Positions 27,716 through 38,800 of a stretch of 64,000 bases of DNA are shown one piece after another; position 1 is the first letter of the stretch, and each line of letters starts with the position of its first letter. The notes under the pieces were generated by a model. The model worked only from the letters and a program-made list of their open reading frames with translations, searched no databases and was not told the DNA's origin. The stretch is from an uncultured Gemmatimonadales bacterium (GTDB lineage: Bacteria > Gemmatimonadota > Gemmatimonadetes > Palauibacterales > Palauibacteraceae). Both the position numbers and the translations under genes were made by a program. Where the stretch lies: assembly GCA_963783385.1 (NCBI GenBank), contig CAWANJ010000007.1, forward strand, positions 224,001-288,000. The letters are read 5' to 3'.

Positions 27716-29079
27716 GGGTCCTCATCATCGACGACGACCCCGGCGTGCGCCGCTCCATCTCGCTCATCCTCGAGGAGGAGGGCTACGAGGTCCTCACGGC
27801 CTCCGATGGCCGCGACGGACTCGACCTGGCGCTGGAGGCCGGCCCCGAGCTGCTCCTGTGTGACGTCCGGATGCCGCGCCTCGAGGGGCTCGAGTTCCTG
27901 GACGAGTACCGGAAGGCGGGGGGCGAGGGGCTGGTGATCATGATCACGGCCTACGGCAGCACCGAGCTGGCCATCGAGGCCATGAAGCGAGGCGCCTACG
28001 ACTACCTCGCCAAGCCATTCTCGGCCGACGAGGCGCTGCTGGTCCTGCGCAAGGCGGAGGAGCGCGAGAAGCTGTGGCAGGAGGTCAGCCGGCTTCGCGA
28101 GGCGATCAGCTTCGAGCACCGGTATCCTGCCATCGTGGCCAAGAGCGAGGCCATGGAGAACAGCGTGCGGCTGGCCGAGAAGGTGGCCCGTCACCCCTCG
28201 ACGGTCCTGATCACCGGAGAGAGCGGCACGGGGAAGGAGCTCATCGCGCGGCTGGTCCACGACATGTCCTCCCGCAAGGGCGCTGCCTTCATCCCGGTCA
28301 ACTGTGGCGCCATTCCAGAGAACCTCCTCGAGTCGGAGCTGTTCGGTCACGTGAAGGGCTCCTTCACGGGAGCGACCGCGGACCGGGCGGGGCTGTTCGA
28401 GGAGGCGCACGGCGGCACGCTCTTCCTGGACGAGATCGGCGAGCTGCCCCTGAACCTCCAGGTGAAGCTGTTGCGCGCCCTGCAGGAGGGGGAGATCCGC
28501 CGGGTGGGTTCCTCGACGGCCCGCCAGGTGGATGTGCGAGTGGTGACCGCGACCGCCCGCGACCTCGAGGGGCTCGTCAAGGAAGGCGAGTTCAGGAGCG
28601 AGCTCTACTATCGGATCAACGTCGTCCGTATCCACCTCTCGCCGCTCCGTCATCGCACCGAGGACATCCCGCCCCTGTGCCGGCACTTGGTGGCCAAGTT
28701 CAACCGCGTCCTCAACCAGCGAAGCGAGGGCTTCGCGCCCGCCGCCATGAAGCTCCTCCTGGACTACAGCTGGCCCGGAAACGTGCGCGAGCTCGAGAAC
28801 ATGGTCGAACGGGCCATGGTCCTGACCGACGAGAAGCAGATCGGGGCCCCACTCGTCCAGGAGCTGTTGCCGGCACCGGGGATGGGTCTCGAGGCGGATC
28901 TGGGCGTGCTGCCCCCGGACGAGCTGTCCGTGAAGAAGCACGCGGCGCGCCTGGAGGCCCAGCTGATCGAGCGCGCCCTCCAGGTGACCGATGGCAACCG
29001 CACCCGGGCCGCCGAGTTGCTGGACCTCAGCTATCGGGCGCTCCTCTACAAGATCCGGGACTACGGCCTGGGCGATTGA
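27712..29079 (+). CDS. Sigma54-dependent response regulator (NtrC/PilR/AtoC family)
   Basis: Receiver (IIDDD, CDVRMP), [39 protein letters not shown], Fis-type HTH. Confidence 0.95.
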   Translation: MRVLIIDDDPGVRRSISLILEEEGYEVLTASDGRDGLDLALEAGPELLLCDVRMPRLEGLEFLDEYRKAGGEGLVIMITAYGSTELAIEAMKRGAYDYLAKPFSADEALLVLRKAEEREKLWQEVSRLREAISFEHRYPAIVAKSEAMENSVRLAEKVARHPSTVLITGESGTGKELIARLVHDMSSRKGAAFIPVNCGAIPENLLESELFGHVKGSFTGATADRAGLFEEAHGGTLFLDEIGELPLNLQVKLLRALQEGEIRRVGSSTARQVDVRVVTATARDLEGLVKEGEFRSELYYRINVVRIHLSPLRHRTEDIPPLCRHLVAKFNRVLNQRSEGFAPAAMKLLLDYSWPGNVRELENMVERAMVLTDEKQIGAPLVQELLPAPGMGLEADLGVLPPDELSVKKHAARLEAQLIERALQVTDGNRTRAAELLDLSYRALLYKIRDYGLGD

Positions 29080-29336
29080 GCCCGCGGGGACGGACCCCGC
29101 CGGGGAAAGGGGGCGGTGGCCCTGCGGGCCGCCGCCGGCCGTGCGGGGCCGGCTCCTCACATCGATGTGGGCAACATGCAACGGCGGGCCGTGACCCCGG
29201 GAGCGGCGCTATCCCCTAACGTCGTGCACATGAAGCGCTTACGCGATGATCGGGTGTTAGCACAGCTTGTGCAGGTTGGGAGGCCGAACAGCACCTGCTC
29301 ATTGAGACGCCGCTACATGCGGGAGGACGGAGGGTC

Positions 29337-30182
29337 GTGAGAGAGCAGAATGGGGCGGTGTCCTCGGAGCTGACGCTGGACGTCCCGAGGGACGACACGC
29401 GGCCGCGCCGACGCCGCTGGTTCCGAGATTCGTCGGGCCCGGGAGGCTCGACCACCCGCCAGGAGGCGCGTACGTCGTCGAGTGAGCCGGGCTTGAGTCG
29501 ATCGCACGACTCCCTCCTGCGCACGATCAACGTGCTGGTGGCCGTGGTGTGCCTCATCGTCCTCTCCCCGGTGATCCTGGTCGTCGCGATCGCGATCAAG
29601 CTGGACAGTCGGGGTCCCATCCTGTACCGGCAGCTCCGCATCGGGCTCGACCGTCGGCGGCTGGACCAGGCGGCGGCGAGCAGCCGCCGGACCGGCGACC
29701 TCGGCGGCCGCCCCTTCGTCATGTACAAGTTCCGCACGATGCACACGAACGCCGAAGTGGGTACCGGGCCCGTGTGGGCGAGCCAGAACGACGGCCGCAC
29801 CACGCGCGTCGGACGGTTCCTGCGCCGACACCGCCTCGACGAGATTCCGCAGTTCTGGAACGTCATCAAGGGGGACATGTCGGTCGTCGGTCCGCGCCCC
29901 GAGCGCCCCGGCTTCGTGCAGATCCTGCGAGACGAGATCGACGGGTACGCGCTCAGGCACCGGGTTCCGCCCGGGATCACGGGCTGGGCGCAGGTGAACC
30001 GGACGCCCGACCAGTCGGTGGAGGATGTTCGGCGCAAGCTGGAATACGACCTGGAGTACATGCGCCGACGCTCCGTGTGGTTCGATCTGCGCGTCATGCT
30101 GCGAACGGTGGTCGTGGTGACGGAGCCGGAGACACCGGCCTCGTCTTCGGGTGACGGGGCCAATCCGGCGGAGGGGGCGTGA
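29337..30182 (+). CDS. Priming sugar transferase (polyprenyl glycosylphosphotransferase, Bac_transf domain)
   Basis: One TM, YKFRTM, RLDEIPQFWNVIKGDMSVVGPRPE, PGITGWAQVN, KLEYDLEY. Confidence 0.92.
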   Translation: MREQNGAVSSELTLDVPRDDTRPRRRRWFRDSSGPGGSTTRQEARTSSSEPGLSRSHDSLLRTINVLVAVVCLIVLSPVILVVAIAIKLDSRGPILYRQLRIGLDRRRLDQAAASSRRTGDLGGRPFVMYKFRTMHTNAEVGTGPVWASQNDGRTTRVGRFLRRHRLDEIPQFWNVIKGDMSVVGPRPERPGFVQILRDEIDGYALRHRVPPGITGWAQVNRTPDQSVEDVRRKLEYDLEYMRRRSVWFDLRVMLRTVVVVTEPETPASSSGDGANPAEGA

Positions 30183-31152
30183 GCGCACCGGATCGATCAC
30201 TCGAGTCGAGCGACGTGCGGCCGGCACCGTTCCGCGGTCCCGAGGTGGTGCGCCTGCTGGTCGGTACCCGGCGGGACTGGTACGCTGCCGCCCTGCGCAC
30301 GCTGCTGGAGCCGGAGGGCTTCGTCCTCGAGGTCGTCTCGGACGAGGCCGCGCTGCTGGAGGCAGGGTCGGAGTGGCGCCCCAGCCTCGTGCTGCTGGAC
30401 TACGAGCTGGCCGGGATCGCCACGCGCCGGCTGTGCCGCGAGTTGTACCGTGGAGCGCTCCCGTGGAGCGTGCCCGTGGTCGTGAGCTCGGCGGGGCCTC
30501 TCGAGGAGTCCCGAAAGGCGGAGGTGTTCGAGGGCGGAGCGTGGCTGGTGCTCACCGAGCCCCTGTTCTTCAGCTCTCTCCTCGCCCAGCTCCGCAAGCT
30601 GGCCGAGGTCGGCTTCGTGGCCGAGGCCGCGGCCCCCGCGACCGATCCCGGCCGAACCGAGCTGCCGGGGCTCGACGAGGCCTGGAGGTCGTTCGGGATC
30701 CTGGCGGCGCTGGCGGAGAGGCGCGGGGAGGCGCTGACCTGCATCGTGGCCGGACCGACGACCCCGGCGGGCGGGGAGACGCTGGCGCGACAGAGACGGG
30801 TCACGGCCGAGGTGTGTGCGCGTTCCCTGCGCTCCTCGGACGCGTACGCCTGGACGGGGTCCGAAGAGGGAGACGTGGTGATCCTGGCGTACGGCGCCTC
30901 GCCCGAGGGGGCCAGCGCCATGGTGCAGCGGCTCAACCGGGTGGCAGCGGACCAGGCGGAGCTCGCCGAGGAGCCGCGCCTCCTGAGCGCCGGCATCCGG
31001 GAGATCCTCCCGGCCGGTGCCGAGGCGGGCGCGCCGGCGCGGCCACGAGGCCGGCGGACCGCATCCGGAGCGACGGACTGGCGGCCGCCCGCGCCGCGCT
31101 GCGCCTCGCGCGCAGGGCGGGCGGCGGCGTCCGGATCGCCGGAACATCGTAA
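30179..31152 (+). CDS. Pseudo-receiver + degenerate GGDEF-like protein (apparent frameshift near 31020-31065)
   Basis: Receiver-like PSLVLLDY without acidic pocket or Lys; LRSSDAYAWTGSEEG and LSAGI. A GGDEF-like terminal helix (LAAARAALRLARRAGGGVRIA) lies in another frame ending TAA 31152. Confidence 0.6.
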
Positions 31153-31884
31153 TGTCCAAGAGAGCCAAGGCCCCGGCACCGTCCGTCTCGAGCGGACGGC
31201 AGGGGAGGGTGCGGGCGTCGGAGCCGACGGACGCGTCCGGCCCGGCCGGTCCACGCCGCATGTCGCGGGCCGTGCGGTCACCGGCCGCCACGGTCGTCCG
31301 TAGCGCCGCCCACCGCCGGCTCGGCGCGCCGTTCGGCCGCGGCACCGGCCGGGACACCGTCGTCGGCATGGCTCCAACCTCTCCGCCGCTGGTGGGCATC
31401 CCGGCGCGTCCGGGCGCTGCTGCCCGTCCGCCGTGTGCTGTTCGTCTGTCATGGCAACCTGTGCCGCAGCCCCTACGCCGCCCGGGCCTTCCGGGAGCGG
31501 CTGGCTCCCGAGCTTTCGGATCGGATCCGCGTGGAGTCGGCCGGCTTCGTCGGTCAGGGCCGCCGATCGCCCGAACGGGCCGTCATCGTGGCGGATGAAC
31601 GCGGCGTCGGACTGCGGGAACACGCCTCCCGGCTCATCGAGGCCGGCATGGTTCGCGCATCCGACCTCGTGGTCGTGATGGAGCCCGGACAGCGGCGCGC
31701 CATGCTCCGGCGCTTCGGGAAGACCCGAGTCTTGCTGCTCTCCGATCTCGATCCGGAGGCGGGGCAGGGGCGGGCGATCCGGGATCCGATGTGGCAATCC
31801 CGGGAGACGTTCGCGGAGGTGTACGCTCGCATCGATCGATGTGTGGAACGCCTGGCCGACCTCGTCTCCGGGGCGACGGCATAG
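31152..31884 (+). CDS. Low-molecular-weight protein-tyrosine phosphatase (Wzb/EpsP-like); 5' end uncertain or frameshifted
   Basis: VLFVCHGNLCRSP P-loop and IRDP. The catalytic frame is open from 31153 with no start before 31435, while a TAATG-coupled ATG at 31152 is in another frame. Confidence 0.8.
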
Positions 31885-31899
31885 CAGGGAGAGACTGAG

Positions 31900-33426
31900 A
31901 TGAATCCTACGCGTGGTTCGAACAGGAGCTGGCTCGTCCCGGTGATGACGCTGGCGCTGGCGGCGGGGGTGACCGCACCGGCGGTCGCCCAGTCGTCCGG
32001 CGGCGGGGCAGCCGCGATGGCGGACACCACGCGGGGCCCGAAGCCCCTCAAATGGGGTACGGGCGCGTGGACGTTCGGAGCCTACATGGGGCAGTTCAAC
32101 GACGAGCCCGAGTGGCAGCCGGACGGGCGCGCGGACCAGCTCCAGCGCGGAGCGCTGTTCGGCGGCCGCATCGGCTACAACTTCCCCTTCAACCTGTTCC
32201 TCCAGGCGGAGGCTTCGAACAGCCTCCTCCGGACCGTCCTGGTCACGGGCGACATCTCGCGAAATACGAACCTGTTCCTGCTCGGAGGGGTCCTGGGCTA
32301 CAACATCCAGCCCATGCAGAACCTCCAGGTCTTCCCGGAGGTCGGGGTCGGGGCCGCCATCTTCAAGCCCACGGCGATCTCCTCCGAGACGCAACTGGCC
32401 TTTCTGTACGGGGCCGGCTTCCGCTACTTCGTGAGCCCGAAACTGGCGCTGCGAGGCGATGTGCGCTGGCACCAGGTGCCCAACGCCATGCGGGACATCC
32501 GAGACCGGCTCGCCGGGTCCGCCGTACCGCACTCCAACCTGTGGGGGCTCGAGCTCAGCGGCGGGCTATCCCTGTTCGTCGGAGGGCCGTCCGACGCCGA
32601 CCACGACAACGTGGACGACGCCAGCGATGCGTGTCCCGACACGCCGCGTGGCTATCCCGTGGACATGCGCGGCTGCCCGCTGGACGACGACGGAGACGGG
32701 GTTCCCAACGGCGCCGATCAGTGCCCCGGAACAATCCGCGGGGCGATCGTGGATCAGCACGGCTGCGCGCTGGACACCGATGGTGACCGGGTGCCGAACG
32801 GGGTCGACCAGTGTCCGGCCACGCCCAAGGGCGCCACGGTGGACGACCGCGGCTGCCCGAGCGATGCCGACCATGACGGCGTGTACGACGGGATCGACCA
32901 GTGCGCCAACACCCCGGCGGGCGCCACGGTGGACTCGAAGGGCTGCCCGTCGGACTCGGACGGCGATGGCGTCTACGACGGCATCGACCAGTGTCCGGGG
33001 ACGGCCGCGGGCCAGAAGGTCGATGATCGCGGCTGTCCGCCGGGCCTGATCATCCTGAAGAACGTGCCGATTCGCCTGGACCAGCTCGGCGTGTACTTCA
33101 ACTTCAACCAGGCGACCCTGCGGCCGGGCTCCTCGATGGCGCTCGACCTCGTCGGCCAGGCCCTGTCCCAGATGTCGGACGTGGAGATCGAGATCCAGGG
33201 GTACGCGGACGCCGTCGGGAGCGAGGCCTACAACCTGAAGCTCAGCCGGCAACGGGCCGAGACGGTGCGGGACTACCTGGCCCAGCACTTCCCGAAGCTG
33301 GACGCGTCGCGGTTCACCGTGAAGGCGTTCGGCGAATCCAACCCGGTGGAGTCCAACGCCACGCCGGCGGGCCGGGAGTGGAACCGCCGCGTGATCCTGG
33401 TGGTGGGGGGAGGCGGTTCGATGTAG
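31900..33426 (+). CDS. OmpA-family outer-membrane protein: beta-barrel, thrombospondin type-3 repeats, OmpA_C domain
   Basis: Signal peptide, barrel strands, DxDxDGV..D.CP repeats, IEIQGYADAVG...NLKLSRQRAETV...GESNP...NRRV. Confidence 0.92.
   Translation: MNPTRGSNRSWLVPVMTLALAAGVTAPAVAQSSGGGAAAMADTTRGPKPLKWGTGAWTFGAYMGQFNDEPEWQPDGRADQLQRGALFGGRIGYNFPFNLFLQAEASNSLLRTVLVTGDISRNTNLFLLGGVLGYNIQPMQNLQVFPEVGVGAAIFKPTAISSETQLAFLYGAGFRYFVSPKLALRGDVRWHQVPNAMRDIRDRLAGSAVPHSNLWGLELSGGLSLFVGGPSDADHDNVDDASDACPDTPRGYPVDMRGCPLDDDGDGVPNGADQCPGTIRGAIVDQHGCALDTDGDRVPNGVDQCPATPKGATVDDRGCPSDADHDGVYDGIDQCANTPAGATVDSKGCPSDSDGDGVYDGIDQCPGTAAGQKVDDRGCPPGLIILKNVPIRLDQLGVYFNFNQATLRPGSSMALDLVGQALSQMSDVEIEIQGYADAVGSEAYNLKLSRQRAETVRDYLAQHFPKLDASRFTVKAFGESNPVESNATPAGREWNRRVILVVGGGGSM
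32593..33039 (+). repeat. Five 30-aa (90-bp) TSP3-like Ca-binding repeats within ompA
   Basis: Units of DxDxDGVxxxxDQCPxTxxGxxVDxxGCP counted in the translation. Confidence 0.85.
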
Positions 33427-33479
33427 AGGAGACGGGCGATCCGCTTCCGGCGGTTCGCCCCGACCGCAGCACCACGTCC

Positions 33480-33522
33480 GCGATGCCCGGAGCGCTCCCC
33501 CTTGGGGCGTTCCGGGCATCGC
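33480..33522. terminator. Strong hairpin between convergent ompA and lipoprotein genes (likely bidirectional terminator)
   Basis: GCGATGCCCGGAGCGCTCC-CCCTT-GGGGCGTTCCGGGCATCGC: 19-bp stem with two G-U pairs. Confidence 0.7.
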
Positions 33523-33603
33523 TGCATCCCCGACCTCACGAGCGGAGCAGCGCGGGCGGCCATGGACGAGCCTCGGGCGAGCCCCGTCGGCCCGGCGCTG
33601 GAC

Positions 33604-35661
33604 TCAGGGGCAGTCGACCTTGAACGAAACGGTCGTGCTCTTGCCGAACGACACGTCGACTTCCTGAGGGTTCGAGCTCGTCACGGTGCACTGCCCGGGC
33701 ACGGCGAGCGCGACGATGTGCGTCCCGACCGGGACGTCCGAGAACGTGTACCTGCCCTTGTCGGCCTTGATGGTATGGCCCGGACCGCCATCGAGGCTCA
33801 CGGAGAAGTTCGGCGGACGCTTCTTCCCGTGGGCCGAAGTCGTGGCCGTGACGCTCCCCACGTTGGGAGCGCAGCTCACGCTGAAGTCCACCGCCGTCGT
33901 GTCTCCCAAGGCGACCTCGACACTCACGGGGTTGGTGCTGGTGACCGTACAGTTAGGCGCGACGCTCGAGGTGACGAGCTGCACCGAGTGGCGGCCGATC
34001 GAGAGGCCCGAGAAGACGGTGCTACCGTTGGTGCTCACGGTTCGCGGCGTACCGCCGTCCACGTCCACCGAGTAGCCGTCGGGGTCCCGGTCCGAGCCGG
34101 ATGTCGTGTTGGATGAACGGATGCTCCCGGTCCTGGTCACGCAGCGGACGTCGAAAGTGACGGTGGAGGTGGAGCCGAAGCCGACGTCCACGCTCTGGGG
34201 GTTGGGGCCCGATACGGAGCAGTTGAATTCCAGGCCGGAGAGGCGCACCGAGTGCGTGCCAGCGTCGACGTTGGCCAGGGTGATCGAGTCCCCGGTGGCC
34301 ACGTGCTGGCTGAGCGTCCCGTCCAGGGTGACCGTGAACCCGTCGGGGTCGGGATCGGGTCCCGAGGTGGGAGCCCTGACCACGAGGGTACCCACGTCGG
34401 CCGTGCAGGTGACCTCGAAGGCCGCCGTAACCGTTCCGCCGCCGGGCACGGTCACCGTGCGCGGATTCGGGCCCGACAGCTTGCAGTTCTCGGCCACGTC
34501 CAGCAACTCGAGGGAGTGCGTTCCCGAGGGGAGCTCGCGGATGGTCAGGCTGTCGTCCGTCGCCAGATGCCGAGTGGGCCCGCCGTCTACGGCGAGGGTA
34601 TAGCCATCGGGGTCCCGGTCGATGCCCGAGGTCGAGGTGGTCACGTGCAGGTCGCCCGTCTGTGAGTCGCAGCTCACCGCGAAGGTGGTGGTGGCCGTGT
34701 CCTGGGCCGGGACGCTCACCGTGCGCGGGTTGGAGCCCGACACGGTGCAGTTGGCGGCCACGCTGTCGAGGCGGACCGTGTGGTCGCCCGCCGAGAGTCC
34801 CTCCACCGTCACCGTGTCGTCGACGGCCAGGTGCGGGCCGGCGCCGCCGTCCACCACCAGGCGGTAGCCGTCCGGGTCAACATCGACCCCCGACGTGGCC
34901 GAGGTGACCTTCAGGTCGCCCGGCTGGGCGGCGAGCGCCCCGTAGATGCTGAAGTGGGTGCTTTGGCCGGTCACGGTGTGAATCGTGGTGTCCACCGTGC
35001 TGCCGGTGACCGGCACCCACTGGCCGTCCTGGACGGTGTGGAGCCGGATGCTGCCCTCCGAGGCTCCCGAGGGCACGTTGGCCGGGTCGTAGACGATGCT
35101 GATCTGAACCGCCTTGGAGAACTGGGTGCCGTCGGGCAGGTACTCGTACGCCGGTCCCACGAGCCGGGAATCCGAGGCGGAGGGCAGCAGGGAGTCCGGC
35201 GCCGTGGCGACCGAGAGGACGACCGAGTCCGACACGGCCCCCGAGGGCACGTCCACGCGCGCCTTGCCGTCCGGAGTCGCCGCCGTTCCGCCCGAAGCGG
35301 CCACCACCACGCCGCACTGAACGTCGAAGCGGACCGAGGCGGTAGCATCGCTCGAGACATCGAAGGTCAGGGGGTTGGAGGGACCGGCGCTGCAGTTGGA
35401 GGCCACCTCGCCCAGGGTGAGCGTGTGCGCGCCGGGCTGCAGGCCCGAGAACGTCACAGACCCGTTCGGCGACACGTTCTGCGGCGAGCCATCATCCAGC
35501 GTGACCGTGTAGCCGTTCTGGTCCGGGTCGGACCCCCTGGTGCTCACCGTGACGCTCACCGTGCCCGGGTTGGGTGGCGGCACGATTGTAGGAGGTTCGC
35601 CACACGCTGTGATGCTCGCCAGCGTCAGGGCGAAAGAGGTCAGGTACAGGGATGAACGCAT
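33604..35661 (-). CDS. Repeat lipoprotein A: lipobox, ZU5-like domain, six ~88-aa Cys-paired beta-sandwich repeats
   Basis: LASITA|C lipobox; repeats of D-x-D-P-D-G-Y...NC...NP...F-x-V-x-C; ZU5-like PDGTQF...THFSIYG. Confidence 0.85.
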   Translation of the reverse strand: MRSSLYLTSFALTLASITACGEPPTIVPPPNPGTVSVTVSTRGSDPDQNGYTVTLDDGSPQNVSPNGSVTFSGLQPGAHTLTLGEVASNCSAGPSNPLTFDVSSDATASVRFDVQCGVVVAASGGTAATPDGKARVDVPSGAVSDSVVLSVATAPDSLLPSASDSRLVGPAYEYLPDGTQFSKAVQISIVYDPANVPSGASEGSIRLHTVQDGQWVPVTGSTVDTTIHTVTGQSTHFSIYGALAAQPGDLKVTSATSGVDVDPDGYRLVVDGGAGPHLAVDDTVTVEGLSAGDHTVRLDSVAANCTVSGSNPRTVSVPAQDTATTTFAVSCDSQTGDLHVTTSTSGIDRDPDGYTLAVDGGPTRHLATDDSLTIRELPSGTHSLELLDVAENCKLSGPNPRTVTVPGGGTVTAAFEVTCTADVGTLVVRAPTSGPDPDPDGFTVTLDGTLSQHVATGDSITLANVDAGTHSVRLSGLEFNCSVSGPNPQSVDVGFGSTSTVTFDVRCVTRTGSIRSSNTTSGSDRDPDGYSVDVDGGTPRTVSTNGSTVFSGLSIGRHSVQLVTSSVAPNCTVTSTNPVSVEVALGDTTAVDFSVSCAPNVGSVTATTSAHGKKRPPNFSVSLDGGPGHTIKADKGRYTFSDVPVGTHIVALAVPGQCTVTSSNPQEVDVSFGKSTTVSFKVDCP

Positions 35662-35852
35662 GCGTACCAAGCCGTTCACCGGCGGGCTCCCGGCTCGAGG
35701 TCCAGGGGGACCCCGACCATCAGCTTCACGATCTATGCCATGCGAAGCCGGGTGGGGTCGCGGGCCTACGACTCAGCCGCGAGTCCCCGTAGAGTCCCCA
35801 TGGGCTGTCTCGTTGGACATAGCCGTCACGGCCGCTCAGGCGGGCGGTCGCC

Positions 35853-38800
35853 TCACGGGCAGGAGACCGTGAACGGCGCCGACGCCTGGTTGCCGAAGGT
35901 GACGTTCACGCTCAGCGGGTTGGTGGTCGTCACGGTGCAGGTGGGGGACGGCACGTTGAGCGTCACCTGGTGGCTTCCGACCGACACGCTGGGGAACGTG
36001 TAGCCCCCGTTCGCTCCGATCGTCTGGGCCGTCCCGCCGTCCAGCTGCACGGTGTAACTGGTCGGGGCGCTCGCCCCTGAGCTCGTGGCGGTCGCCTGGA
36101 TGCTGCCCACGTTGGCCACGCAGCTGATCGTGAAGCTGACTGTTGACGTGCTGTCGTACGCGACAGTCACCGACGTCGGGTTGGAGCTGCTCACGGTGCA
36201 GTTGGCCTGTACGCTGGTGGGATCGATCGCCACGCTACGACTGCTCCCCACGGCCACGTTGTTGAAGGTGGTGCTTGCGTTCGTGGCCATCGTCTGGGCT
36301 GATCCGCCATCGACGGTGACCGAGTACCCGTCCGGATCGAGGTCCGTGCCCGTGGTCGAGTTCGAGGCCTGGATGCTCCCGACGTTGGCCTGGCAGGAGA
36401 CGGTGAAGGCAGCGGTGACCGTGGTGTTGTAGCTGACCGTCACCGGCTGCGCGGTGCCGCCCGTGCTGGTCACGGAGCAGTTGGCCGGCACGCCGACGAG
36501 GTTCACGGTGTGGCTGCCGGTCGGGACGTTGCTGAAGGTGACGCCGGTGCTGTTGTTGATCCCGATCGACTGCGCGTTGCTGCCGTCCAGGTCCACCGTG
36601 TAGCCGCTCGGCAGGTCGCTGCCGGTGGTCGAAGTGGTCGCCTTGACGGTGCCCGTGCTGGCCTGGCAGGAGACGGTGAAGGCAGCGGTGACCGTGGTGT
36701 TGTAGCTGACCGTCACCGGCTGCGCGGTGCCGCCCGTGCTGGTCACGGAGCAGTTGGCCGGCACGCCGACGAGGTTCACGGTGTGGCTGCCGGTCGGGAC
36801 GTTGCTGAAGGTGACGCCGGTGCTGTTGTTGATCCCGATCGACTGCGCGTTGCTGCCGTCCAGGTCCACCGTGTAGCCGCTCGGCAGGTCGCTGCCGGTG
36901 GTCGAAGTGGTCGCCTTGACGGTGCCCGTGCTGGCCTGGCAGGAGACGGTGAAGGCAGCGGTGACCGTGGTGTTGTAGCTGACCGTCACCGGCTGCGCGG
37001 TGCCGCCCGTGCTGGTCACGGAGCAGTTGGCCGGCACGCCGACGAGGTTCACGGTGTGGCTGCCGGTCGGGACGTTGCTGAAGGTGACGCCGGTGCTGTT
37101 GTTGATCCCGATCGACTGCGCGTTGCTGCCGTCCAGGTCCACCGTGTAGCCGCTCGGCAGGTCGCTGCCGGTGGTCGAAGTGGTCGCCTTGACGGTGCCC
37201 GTGCTGGCCTGGCAGGAGACGGTGAAGGCAGCGGTGACCGTGGTGTTGTAGCTGACCGTCACCGGCTGCGCGGTGCCGCCCGTGCTGGTCACGGAGCAGT
37301 TGGCCGGCACGCCGACGAGGTTCACGGTGTGGCTGCCGGTCGGGACGTTGCTGAAGGTGATGCCGGTGCTGTTGTTGATCCCGATCGACTGCGCGTTGCT
37401 GCCGTCCAGGTCCACCGTGTAGCCGCTCGGCAGGTCGCTGCCGGTGGTCGAGGTGGTCGCCTTGACGGTGCCCGTGCTCGAGACGCAGCTGATCGTGAAG
37501 CTGGCTGAGGCCGTGTTCCCGAACGTGACGCTCACCGACGTCGGGTTGGCGCTGGTCACGGTGCAGTTGGGAGCCACGCTGGCCGAGGCGATCGCCACGC
37601 TGTGGGTTCCGACGGCGACGTTGCTGAACGTCGTGCTGGCGTCGGTGGCCATGGTCTGGGCGCCGCCACCGTCGAGCGTCACCGAGTAGCCGTCCGCGTC
37701 CAGGTCCGTACCCGTCGTCGTGTTGGATGCCTGGATGCTCCCCTGGTTCGGGCTGCAACTGACGGTGAACGCGGCGTTCACCGCGGTCCCGAAGGTCACC
37801 TCCACGGTCTGCGTGGCGCCGCCCGCGCTGGTGATCGAGCAGTTGGCGTTCACGCCGCCCAGGGTGACCGTGTGGCTTCCGACCGGCACGCCGGTGAAGT
37901 CGTGACTCCCGGTCGGGCTGGTGATGGAGGCGGGCGTGCTGCCGTCCAGGGCGAGCGTGTAGCCGTCTGAATCCTGGTCCGATCCCGAGGTCGACGCCGA
38001 GGCGTGGATGGTCCCCACGTCCGCCACGCAACTGACAGTGAAGCTCGTCGTCGTGGTCTGCTTGTAGGTGACGCTGACCGTCTTAGACGCTCCGCCCGAT
38101 ACCGTACAGTTAGCGTTGACCCCGGTGAGCGTCACCGTGTGGCTGCCCTCGGCCACACTGGCGAACAACACGCTGTCTGTGCCCGTGATGGACTGGCCGC
38201 TGCCGCCATCCAGCAGGACCGTGTACGTATTGTCCGGGTCCGTGCCGCTCGTGGAGGTTTTCACGACCAGGTCCCCGACCCGCTTGCTGCAGTCCACGGC
38301 GAACGTGGTGGAGTCCACGCCACCGTCGGGAATCGTGACCGTGCGCGGGTTGGGCTGGGTCACGGTGCAGTTGTTGGCCACGCCGTCGAGCAGGACCTGG
38401 TGGTCGCCCGCGGCCAGGTTCGGGATCGTGATGGAGGCGTTGATCTCGATGGCCGTGCCGGCGCTGCCGTCGACCGCGACCGAGTAACCGTCCGGGTCCT
38501 GATTCTGGCCCGTCGTTCCCGTGATGACCACCAGGTCGCCCGGGAAGGCCGCGCACGTCACGTCGAAGGTGGCGGTGGACGTGGAGTCGAAGGCGACGTC
38601 CACGCTCTGCGGGTTGGCGCCCGAGATCGAGCAGTTGGAGACCAGGTCCGGACAGCTGGACGGAGTGGGTGCCGACAGCCACGTTGGCGAAGGTCACCGA
38701 GTCCCCGGTGGCCACGTGCTGGCTCAGCGTCCCGTCCAGCGTGACGGTGTAGCCGGTCCGGATCCGGGTCGGGCCCGGTGGTCGGGGCCCGGACCTTCAG

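Noticed and set aside
29122-29146. Intrinsic terminator after the sigma54 regulator (GGCGGTGGCCC-TGC-GGGCCGCCGCC)
   Set aside because: A GC-rich stem is present but has no U tract, and such stems arise often by chance at this GC content.
36388-37478. CRISPR array
   Set aside because: Units are 273-bp contiguous in-frame coding repeats without unique spacers, and no cas genes are present.
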